A stretch of DNA of 64,000 nt from Macrostomum lignano (taxonomy: Eukaryota). The stretch spans positions 248,001 through 312,000 of the forward strand of contig NIVC01001095.1 in NCBI GenBank assembly GCA_002269645.1. Reading direction: 5' to 3'. Position numbers and translations under genes: made by a program. The notes below the pieces were generated by a model that saw nothing but the letters and a program-made list of their open reading frames with translations, was not told the origin of the DNA and searched no databases. How positions within the stretch are numbered: the stretch's first letter is position 1; every line of letters starts with the position of its first letter. Of this stretch, positions 53,785-64,000 are shown piece by piece.

Positions 53785-56700
53785 ATGAGTACAGATAGCC
53801 AGCAGCAGAAGGCGATCATCGTCAAGACAGCGTTGGTCCCACGTAGGTCTGTCAGCTGCAGCGATCAGACTAAGCAGAAACCGGCAGTGTTGGCTCACGA
53901 TTCAAGTCAGAAGCGTCAGCATAGACAAACAAAGCAAAGCTCAAAAAAATTACCGTTGAAAACTTCAAAGGTGGTACCGACTAACAGCAATTCTGAGGTC
54001 GCGTCTTGCGCAAAGGAAGCTTCTGCATCGCTCACCGACAAGTCCAAACGTGGCGCCGCCGAGAAGACCACCAAAGAGCGGCTAAAGGTGCTGGCTCTGC
54101 TAGAACCAGACGACGATTCGAACCGCCTAGTTCGAGAATATCCATTCAAGGCCAAGTCGTTGGAGTTTCGGATTAACTACGATAGCCTGTTGGCCAAGTC
54201 CTACGTTTGGGTGCCGCGTTCGCCGGACACTTTTCACGAACTGCTTGGCGTGTAAGGATTCCAGTCTAATGTCTTGCTATGATGTCTTGTGGTTATAATA
54301 TGCAGTAATATTTTATGTAGGAAGACTTAGACTATTTTTTACCTTGGTCTTGGAGTTACTTTGAACAGGATATTGAATTCCCTGTGCAAATATTTCGGGT
54401 CAAAATTTTCATCCTCAGCGACTCTTTGTCAGCTAGCGCCGAAGTAGCACCCAGGAGCTTATTTGCGATGAAAAAAGTATTTTGGACGAATGAAAGTTTA
54501 TTTTAGTCTTCGAATTTCAGAAATTCAGGCACTGCAAAATTTCAGGAAAACCTCTTTTAGTTGATAGTTAAGCAATAAACAGACAAACAGCAGCTGATAA
54601 AGAATCAGCCTGGCTAGCGGATATAAAAACTGTTACATGCACAAATTCGCACCACGATACAGTATTAGCCAAGCTGTGACTTTCCTTGGCTTCGACGAGG
54701 TTTCGATCGAATCTTCTCACAAGGCGACGTACTCGACTATTACCTGCAATGCGAAGCTATCAGAGACTGGCCTAGATCTGGAAGAAACTCGACTGTCACT
54801 GCTGTGGATACGACCCCCGGAGTACGCATGGAGTCAGCTCCGTGAGTGAGGTTTTGTTTCATTAAAATCATTACTCAATAGTTCGATTTAGAAACGGCTT
54901 ATCAGAACGGTGATGTCTCTGTTGGATCCGTCCTATTATTGGACCTGAAATGAGAGTGGCTCAGGAGTTCGATGTACATCCATTCCAGATTCAATAAACC
55001 CAAGAGAGAAGCCGTAGCTCTGCTAAATCACTTAAATTTTTGACAAACATATATACGTTAACACCTTCTGTGCTTTACTCGCAGGTCATTGTTAACTTAA
55101 TGGCATCAAAGTACTCATAGATAGTGGGGTGGCAGGTTCTATTTTATTTAACCCAAAATATTTTAGTTTGCTAGTAAGTTTAGCAAGATGCTATGTGTTG
55201 GGCACTAATTAGCAACACATCTAAAATTCACAAACGATAGGAAACTACATAGTCTATCGCCAAGTTGATTCATTGCACGACGGCATCATCAACAAGTGGC
55301 TGCTTATAGCCAACCTGCAAAACACGGACAAACGTACTCGGTTTAAGACCGCCGACGGTATCCTTTTCTCGTCAAAGTACTTCCTGCCTGAGACTATCAA
55401 TCTGGGTCACATGCCGATGGACGAACTGATTAGCCTATTGGGTAAGCAAAAAAACGTTTTTTGGAGGCTTAGTGTTCAGAGACGCATCGGTGTTTTCCTT
55501 CAAAATTGGCTATGAGATCTTAGAAAAAAAATTGGATCAAATTTCGACTAATTCGACTGTCTGCTCCACGCCGCCAAAGATGACTAGTCTCTTTGCTACC
55601 GTATTTCTATTTGAGAGTATTATGCGCTCAAAAATCGGCCATGGGAGTGTTGACGGACTCGCTGGAACATAATGTTGATGAGAGAAGCACTCTCGAGTCT
55701 TGATGACCACAATCGCTGAAATGCTGGGGGCTCTTGGGGGAAGTGCTGCGATGTCAATCCGCATGAGGGGATTGCTGAGATGCCGACGGTCAATTGGAAG
55801 AAGTTTACGTACGCCAAGCCAAAGTCAGATCAAAGGGAGAGTTAAGGTTAAGCAATGGCTTAAAGGGATGCTTTGATGCCAAAGCTCAAAGGGGATCTTA
55901 GGCTAGATAGCTGGCTTTTAGGGCTGATGCAATTGTTTGCTTAAAACAGAATTTTTCTTAGGATACAAAAAATAACGACTGTACAAGGTCATAACCTACA
56001 TGTAGTTTATTCAAACATTTTTATTCGATACTTTGTTGCCTCCCCAATGGGGGCACAGATGGCTAGTTTGCGTTGAATCGGACTGAACTGTCCAAAGACG
56101 GCATAGGGAGTACTGGCTGCTCAAGCTTCGTACACCCTCAGAGGCACAAACTTAGTGTTTAGTAGAGTTGTGACGACGCTGTGCCTGCAGTCTTGAAAGA
56201 TTATTTGTAAGGACGAAGGTAAGGATTGAGATAAAATAAAAATGCACGTTGGAATTAATACGTGTATGAAGATTGTCATGCATATTGTTGAGCGTAGATT
56301 TTGGTTTAGGAATTGTGAATGAAGAAATAACGTATCTTAAAAATAGCTCGTATTTGTTTAGTTGATGATACTCCGACAGACAAATAAGCAGACGTTGACC
56401 TTGTTCAATGTATTCATTGTATTACGTCATCGGATATGTAAGCACCTATGATAGCATGTTTTTCTTTCACTTACTGCAGATAGATAATGATTAGACAATT
56501 TTTTAAATGTCTCAATTTTTAATTTATTTTAGCCGCTTCTGAAGGCACATACATCGTCAAGGAAGTACGGTACGTTAGCATTGATTTTGTCACAACTACT
56601 TTTGAAGAAATGTTGCATACTTAATTTTAATCTGCTTGCCTCATTCAGTGGCACAAAAGGTCGGAATATGCGGCTGCTACGCCTCGGTGGTGGCAGCACC

Positions 56701-58760
56701 GGCGGGCATCGCGACCTTCTCGAGATGCTGAAAGGTTCCGGTCTGCTGGAGCACCGGCTATCCGATGTGATCCTACAAAAGTACATCGAGCGACCGTTGC
56801 TAGTTGACAAGCGCAAGTTCGATTTTCGCGTCTACATGCTCATGGTGAACGCTTGTCGTCGGGAGAAATCTGGCTCCAGATCGAAGGCTTTCTACGTCTA
56901 CTGGCACCCCGGCTTTCTAAGACTGTGCATCATGGCCTACCAGCGCGACAGTGGAGACCTGCTGTGCCACCTCACCAACCAGCACATACAGATGAACAGC
57001 GTCTTGTACGATCGGGTCAAGGAGACCACAGTGTGGGAACCGGACGAGCTCAATCAATATTTTAACAGTCGGGGCAACCTGCCGGCTAAGAACTACGTTC
57101 GTGACATTATCTATCCGAAGATTGGCGCCATTATTGGCTATCTGGGCGCCGCGTTCGCCGAGAGTCTCAACGACAATGCTATTAAAGCTAACACATTTAA
57201 GGTTGGTGTGTTTAACCAATTTATAATTATGCATGCATCTTGGTTAACACAAAGTTTACTTCAGTTTTTTCTCTTCGAAGGATATGAGTGCTGACATGAC
57301 TACAGACCAAGCGAGCAGCATTTAGTGACGAGCATATCCCCGAAACTTCATTCCTCCGAAACGTCACATCTCCGAAACTTCATATCCCCGAAATTTCATA
57401 TCGCTGAAACTTCATATCCCCGAAACTTCATATCCCCGAAACTTCATATCCCCGAAACTTCATATCCCCGAAACTTCATATCCCCGAAACTTCATATCCC
57501 CGAAACTTCATATCCCCGAAACTTCATATCCCCGAAACTTCATATCCCCGAAACTTCATATCCCCGAAACTTCATATCTCCGAAACTTTATATCCTCGAA
57601 TATTCATATATCTGCAAAACTGCATATCCCCGATACTTCATACCCCCGAAAATAAATATCTCCGAAACTTCATATCCCCGAAACTTCATATCCCCAAAAC
57701 TTCATATCCCCGAAACTTCATATCCCCGAAACTTCATATCTCCGAAACTTTATATCCTCGAATATTCATATATCTGCAAAACTGCATATCCCCGATACTT
57801 CATACCCCCGAAAAGAAATATCTCCGAAACTTCATATCCCCGAAACTTCATATCCCCAAAACTTCATATCCCCGAAACTTCATATCCCCGAAACTTCATA
57901 TCCCCGAAACTTCATATCCCCGAAACTTCATATCGCCGAAACTTCATATCCCCGAAACTTCATATCGCCGAAACTTCATATCCCGAAACTTCATATCCCC
58001 GAAACTTCATATCCCTGAAACTTCATATCGCCGAAACTTCATATCCCCAAAACTTCATATCCCCGAAACTTCATATCCCCGAAACTTCATATCCCCGAAA
58101 CTTCATATCCCTGAAACTTCATATCGCCGAAACTTCATATCCCCGAAACTTCATATACTGATACTTCATATCTCCGAAACTTCATATCCCCGAAACTTCA
58201 TATCCCCGAAACTTTATATCCCCGAAACTTCATATCCCCGAAACTTCATATACTGATACTTCATATCTCCGAAACTTCATATCCCCGAAACTTCATATAC
58301 TGATACTTCATATCTCCGAAACTTCATATCCCCGAAACTTCATATACTGATACTTCATATCTCCGAAACTTCATATCCCCAAAACTTCATATCCCCAAAG
58401 CAACAACCTCACTCTTTGAGGCCACTTTAGACCGCCCAGTTTTATTTTCCAACGTTTTAAATTCAACTTCTCCTCCCCACCTCGCAGTTGTTCGGTGTTG
58501 ACTTCATGGTTGACAGTCGTCTATCAGTGCAACTACTAGAGGTCAACGATCTGCCGTCTTGGCGCCGTCAGACTCGCATTCTGGCCAAATTAAAGACCGA
58601 CCTATGGCGGGAAGCCGTTGCCCTGACAGTGGAAACTGTGGCCAAATTTCGGCAGAAACAAACGCTGGAGCCTCTAGTTAGCCGGTGCAACTTTCGGCTG
58701 GCGCACTCTTCAGAGGATCCTACGCTGCTAGCGAACGCTATTGCCACATTGTTCCATTAA
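53785..58760 (+). CDS. Tubulin-tyrosine-ligase-like (TTLL) glutamylase/glycylase family protein, divergent; central exons unresolved
   Basis: Phase-consistent exons 53785-54251, 54663-54841 and 55241-55441, then 56649-57201 and 58488-58760. Motifs: ILQKYIERPLLVDKRKFDFRVYML, CHLTNQHIQ, LFGVDFMVD..LLEVNDLPS. The link across 55442-56648 could not be resolved. Confidence 0.8.
57330..58400. repeat. 16-bp minisatellite (CCCCGAAACTTCATAT) filling the last TTLL intron
   Basis: More than 55 units, with a duplicated higher-order block. Confidence 0.97.
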
Positions 58761-59981
58761 GTTTGCACATGGTACTAAAATCTTGGTAACAACCAATTGC
58801 ATTGGCTCAATGAGCTGTCCTAAAAATCTGATATAGCATCACTGTTCACTTCACGAAGTTTGGTTTCTTGAGAAATGATGCGATAGTAATAAGAAAGCTC
58901 TTGTCGAAACGACAATGAAGAAATCGCCAACCAATTCTTGTATTCTGTTTGTGGCTTTGAAAACGCCTTCACGATGTATCATTAGTAATGGTCTTGAAAA
59001 TAGGTCAGCTTAAACTTAAGCACCCGAAGAAAAGATCCCGACCAAACCGACTGCAATAGACAGCATGCCGAACCAATCGACTGGAGACATCGCGCATCCA
59101 AGCCCCTGGGCTCCCAGGAGATTAATGGGATAAAATGAGGATTTTATTAGTGTTTACTGCAGTCGATGTGATCCCCTTTAAAGGTAGTGCTGTCTAGCTG
59201 CATGAACATATATGAGGGTTGAATAAGCGCGCACCAAGGCAAGGGCGCATGAAAAACGTCGGATGCGTTGGAAAAGTGCGCATTGGAAAGCGCACAGTCC
59301 GGGGTTTAAGCATTTGCCGGCAGTGACAGAAGCGCGCATGCAAACTGGCGGGCAATGACATAAAAAACCCTAATTCCACCCGCAATGATATAAGAGGGCT
59401 ATGCTATGAAACTGTGGCCTGCTCACATGAGCAGCCAGTCTTTGTGCCGCCCGCCTACATGCATGAGCAGCCGCTTAAATGTGGCTCCAATGCTGGAGTT
59501 TTATTGTCCAGTACCGGGTTTCGGTTTCGGCACCGAAAAAGTGCAAATAACTCTATTGGACGACTTTCTGGCCCTCTGGGACCGGCGAAAATCCACCCAG
59601 GGTAACGAAATCTGCGTTTTAAAAGCTCACCAATAAGTCAAGGACCACTTTAGTATAGCAAAGATCGTGTAAATTACTTCACGAGACCGATTTCATGGAA
59701 AAATATACTGGGGACATAGGAAAAGCTCTTTTCTTGTATCACATAATCAATTATCATATTACTACGAGCGTATTATTTTAATTTAGCATGGACATTGAAC
59801 AGCATGATACTCTATTATATTTGATATTTTATATAGCTGTGTACATAGTGAAGTTGTATGCACTAACTATGTATGCATTGAAATGGAATTATACCTATAA
59901 CAATGGCTGAAGAATATCTACATGCAAAATTTTTATTAAAAATATACTTGATTAGGAAGAAAAAACAAAAAAGTTACACTA

Positions 59982-60855
59982 TAGCATTTTGCAGTCAAGT
60001 TTGAACTGCGGGCATTCAAATTAGACGCTTGACCAGATCTCACTGCTGGCACAAATGCTATCTATGGCCTAGACAAAATCACACTGGTGGGCACTCAATT
60101 TAGACAAGGGGCATTCAAATTAGACAAGTTCTCAGGCGCATTGGCTGGGCAATTCAAGATCGTGTTGCGTCTGTTGTCAGACAATCATTCTGTGAACCCT
60201 GAACTATGAAGATAAGAACAAGTTATAACAAAGTAAGCATGTGTGAACAAACAAAACAGGGTGCTCAGCACATCAATGAACAAGAGTCTCACAAGAGTCT
60301 CATCTGATAGAGAATTCAAACGATGTCTTCATTTGCCAGACAGCGTGGGATGAAGCGGAGCGTGTGCTGATACCAGTGAACGCACTTCAGTGGAGTCACG
60401 TCATCCATCGCGATTTCCCCGCACCTCTGCAGCACCATCAGTCTCCATTGAACGGCAGTCATGTCAGGAGGCGGAACAGCCAATTCTCTCTGAACTTCAG
60501 GATTGGACAGCTGCCTCTTGACTGCTGATTTAAAGGCACTGTGAGCCAGTTCAACTGGGTTCAGGAAAGGAGAGTAAGGTGGTAAGATCTTCAGTTCAAT
60601 TCGACCAACCCACTCCTCCGGGATTTGCAATCGTCCGTCGTGGATTGTCCATGGTCTTTCTCTCTGGCACACATAGACTTTCCGCTGCTTGTCTAATTTG
60701 AATGCCCGTTGTCTAAATTGAGTGCCCGTCAGTGTGTTTCAGTTTGTGCCACAGACATAAAGTTCTGCTTGACTTGGGGACGGATTCTGAAATTTGGCTC
60801 TTCCCTTCTTGTCTAATTTGAATGCCCGCAGTTCAAACTTGACTGCAAAATGCTA
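59982..60855 (-). mobile_element. IS630/Tc1/mariner-superfamily transposon, internal-deletion derivative
   Basis: About 45-bp TIRs (TAGCATTTTGCAGTCAAGTTTGAACTGCGGGCATTCAAATTAGAC and its reverse complement), TA TSDs at 59980-59981 and 60856-60857. Only the transposase C-terminus remains (60316-60672, ILPPYSPFLNPVELAHSAFK). Confidence 0.9.
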
Positions 60856-61319
60856 TAATCCAATGAGTATCTAAAACTTCAGGCTTATGAAATCCAAAGA
60901 AAACAATATGAAAATGAAACTCACGACACAGCTACACAAGATCCGATCTTGATCTTTCCTGTTTCCACAGTGTATGGTATTTTTTCATGAAATTGATGGC
61001 TTTCAAAAAAGTACACATCTTTCAGTTTTACATCCTGTTATACTACAGTGGTCCTTGCAATAAATGCGACAGGAACGCCAAGTCGGTAGTGCTCGGGGCG
61101 CCAAAGTTATGTCTGTTTGTGCAAGCACAGACGCTTCTACTTAAATGCGATCATTATAGTAGAAAAAATACGAAGCATTTCATTATTGACCTTTGCTGAA
61201 AAATGAACTGGTGTCTGCAATATTTTAACCCAATGAGTCCTCCAGAGACTGGTCCAATATCGCGCCTCAAGAGGGCATGTTAGAGTTTGTATGGATCGAG
61301 TTGTTGTGGTGCAGAATTA

Positions 61320-61525
61320 CACCGGAAAAATTTGTGTTCTTGAGCAAGACACTTCACTCTGCATTGCTTCAGTTCACCCAGCTGTAAAATGGGTGCCAGC
61401 ATTAGCTGGGGTAATTGAGGGTGTTTGTGGCGACCTCCCAATCCTTGGACTGAACAGCCGTACGCAGCCTTCAGATGCGCCGCGCAATAGCTGCGGCTGA
61501 GCTGTCGGTTGCACATCTGGTCCAA
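61320..61525 (+). mobile_element. CORE-type SINE, headless copy
   Basis: Reverse-complement orientation relative to the 22970, 34695 and 51674 copies. Confidence 0.78.
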
Positions 61526-62078
61526 TTGGGGCAGGTGTAATAATAAAAAGGGACAGAAACCGGCACTGGTAGTGTCCACACTACTCCCCAATTTCTCTAA
61601 ATAACTTTAAAAGGCCACAACTGAGTATAAAATGTACATTTTCACTTTGATTTTTAGTCCAGGCATAGAGGACTTCTTGTTGAACCGGAATGAGAAAACA
61701 AGACATTAACAGTTCACTCTGCATTGGGTCAACTTAGAGTTGACTTAAGAGACTATTATTTAGAATTTTTTGGGCATGTTTGCTATTTGAACTGAGGAGA
61801 ATTGGCTCAATAAAGGGTACCGCGCTCTCAAGTGACGCTGTACATTGAATAAAATAAAAGTATGAATACAATTACTTAAATACAAATTCTCAAAGGAACG
61901 AGGACATGTACATTATTTTTTTTAAACTCTGACCATGAATAGCTCTGATTTCTACTTGTTAGTAGGCTGTTCTGTTGAATACCTTATAATATGTTTTCTA
62001 CTCCACCAGTTCCAGAAAGAACTTGAATCAGTGCGTTTTACAAGCTAATAATTGGTTTTGACAGGTGCTTCAGTCAGA

Positions 62079-62174
62079 CCGGCGATAGCTCAGTTGGTAG
62101 AGCGGAGGACTGTAGAGTGCAAATGTCGATCAGCAGCGATCCTTAGGTCGGTGGTTCAAATCCGCCTCGCCGGA
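62079..62174 (+). tRNA. tRNA-Tyr (GTA) with a 23-nt intron (62116-62138)
   Basis: Acceptor stem CCGGCGA/TCGCCGG plus discriminator A; D arm TAGCTCAGTTGGTAGAGCG; anticodon arm GAGGA-CTGTAG[intron]A-TCCTT; T arm GGTTCAAATCC; oligo-T Pol III terminator a few bases downstream. Confidence 0.95.
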
Positions 62175-62289
62175 GAACTTTTTTTCTGAGAATTTGAAAT
62201 AGTATACTGCGTTTCAACTTGCAATACTGTCATTGTTAAGCAGTTTTTTAGGGGCTTTATTCAATTAAAACTACCAGTCAGTTTTTTAC

Positions 62290-62670
62290 GTCCAGTGTGT
62301 CCAGTGATGGACTCTGACGTCTCTGAGCGAGTATTGGTGTCCAGTGATGGACTCTGAGTGAGTATTGATGCCAAGTGATGGACTCTGAGTGACTATTGGT
62401 GCCAAGTGATGGACTCTGAGTGACTATTGGTGCCAAATGATGGACTCTGAGTGACTATTGGTGCCAAGTGATGGACTCTGAGTGAGTATTAGTGTCCTGT
62501 GATGGACTCTGAGTGAGTATTGGTGTCCAGTGATGGATTCTGAGTGAGTATTGGTGCCAAGTGACGGACTCTGAGTGAGTATTGGTGCCAATCGATGGAG
62601 TCTGAGTGAGTTGGGTTACAATCGATAGATTCTGAATGACTATTGGTGCCAAGTGACGGACTCTGAGTAA
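62290..62670. repeat. 31-bp minisatellite (GTGATGGACTCTGAGTGAGTATTGGTGCCAA)
   Basis: Period of 31 between 62344 and 62375; about 11 units. Confidence 0.92.
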
Positions 62671-62938
62671 GTAGGTTTTTGCCTTATTTATTTAGTGCTC
62701 AAATAAATAATCAAGGAAGACGGTTTATGTAATTATCTAGTCCTCGACAGATGTCATCATGGTGTTTGTTGAATAATTTATTACGTTTCGCTACGAGTGT
62801 TTTGCTTAATTCTTGCCAGATCACAGCTTCTGATTGAGGTTTTATTGAGTATTGTTTTACTTTTTCCGTCAAACCGGAATTTTGTGCGTCTGCAGTGGCC
62901 ATGCACACCAAAGCGTTGCAGTGTCCCCAGTTCGCAGC

Positions 62939-64000
62939 CTAGATGCACGGACAGTACGTTGCCATGACGCGCAGATCGCAGTTTCTGACGCAACAGGTGC
63001 AGTACAAACCTTCACGTCTGCGCCAGTAGGAATAGCTTTTGCGAACTGCAAGTAAAGTACAGGGAACGGCCGGGAAGATTCTATTTTTTGTTTGACCGCA
63101 CCGTGGGACAAATTGTAGCCAAATCGAGGCCCTGTCACCAAAACAAAAATTGCGTCCCATCTCTGGCTCAAAAAAACTACTCTTCTTCTTATAGTCTGTG
63201 TTCATTTTTATGCGTGAAAATTTTTGGGATTTTATTTTGAGAAGATGTAGTCAGGAGGCTAGGCTTTCGAGCGACTGTCCGAGATCGCTGCCCTCTCCTT
63301 ATGTCAATACTGGTGTGAGGTATGCAGCATCCCCTAGGCTGTCTCCTAAGCTGATCCGTGGTTACTCGTCCCAGAAATTGTTCAAGACCCATGCAGGCCT
63401 GTTGGATCCGTCCAGGGCTTTGGTCGAATTTAGATGCTTGACAGATTTAGGTACCGGATCCAATGCTTAAATTCTATTTTGATGGGCTGAGAGGCTACAA
63501 AATAGCCTGGTTGCTAGCGTTCTCCTTGCTTGTTGGGTGTCGGGCCAGACTTGAGGATTAATTTTATCATACCGCTTCCTTTTTAAGTAGTCTTACCGGA
63601 CATGTATAAAGGGCCACTCGTCTACAGAGACGCTCAGGGATTAGCCTTCTCGCTCCGCTTTCCCCTCTTGCACCACCCAGCAGAAAAGCCAAGGCAAAGC
63701 AAAAACCAATACTAGCAAAAATCACCTCTGGTGCTTCGACTCGCACTCTCTTGTCTTAAAGCATGGCAGTACCGTTCGCAGAAGTTGGTAAACATATCAG
63801 TCAGCGCAGTACCGCAGATGCCGTCAGTGCGCCTCACTGGTCCGAATGAGCAGGGATGGTAGGACACCTGCTCTTGAAGAGCAGCAGGGTCGTAGTACTG
63901 TTGGGCATCCGTGCCAGGGAGCATCAGGGCCGACGCAGACAACAAAGCCAGCAGCAAAACAAGCTTCTTCGACTGTGGTCCATGGATAGTTCTTGGCCTT
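62939..64000 (-). CDS. Insulin-like peptide precursor (MIP-type); start lies beyond the window edge
   Basis: Exon 63726 to beyond 64000 encodes a signal peptide (KKLVLLLALLSASALMLPGTDA) and the B chain CGTALTDMFTNFC (C-x11-C). A phase-1 intron in the C-peptide leads to exon 62939-63045, encoding RRR-EGLYCTCCVRNCDLRVMATYCPCI* (CC-x3-C-x8-C). Confidence 0.88.

Overview
Eukaryotic (metazoan) genomic DNA, not prokaryotic. Exons are GC-rich and canonical GT-AG introns are packed with unrelated minisatellites. A MIP-type insulin-like peptide points to a lophotrochozoan; a flatworm is plausible but not established. Genes reconstructed by hand: the 3' exon of a 7TM receptor (+); RNMT mRNA cap N7-methyltransferase (-); ALG14 (-, 4 exons, 209 aa); an RFX1/2/3-type transcription factor (-, 12 coding exons, about 884 aa); a coiled-coil plus death-domain protein (+, 579 aa); a divergent TTLL tubulin ligase (+); an intron-containing tRNA-Tyr(GTA); and an insulin-like peptide (-). 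Mobile DNA: a 3.5-kb CACTA/CMC-like element carrying degraded cargo exons, an inverted Penelope-like element with hammerhead-like motifs at both ends, a Mutator-like foldback, hAT MITEs, an IS630/Tc1 derivative and two SINE families. Most notable: RNMT has no start codon of its own downstream of ALG14. It could take its AUG from a spliced leader (an ALG14-RNMT operon) or from a micro-exon inside ALG14 intron 1, which could also fuse the ALG14 membrane anchor in frame to RNMT. All coordinates were read by eye and no database searches were run.
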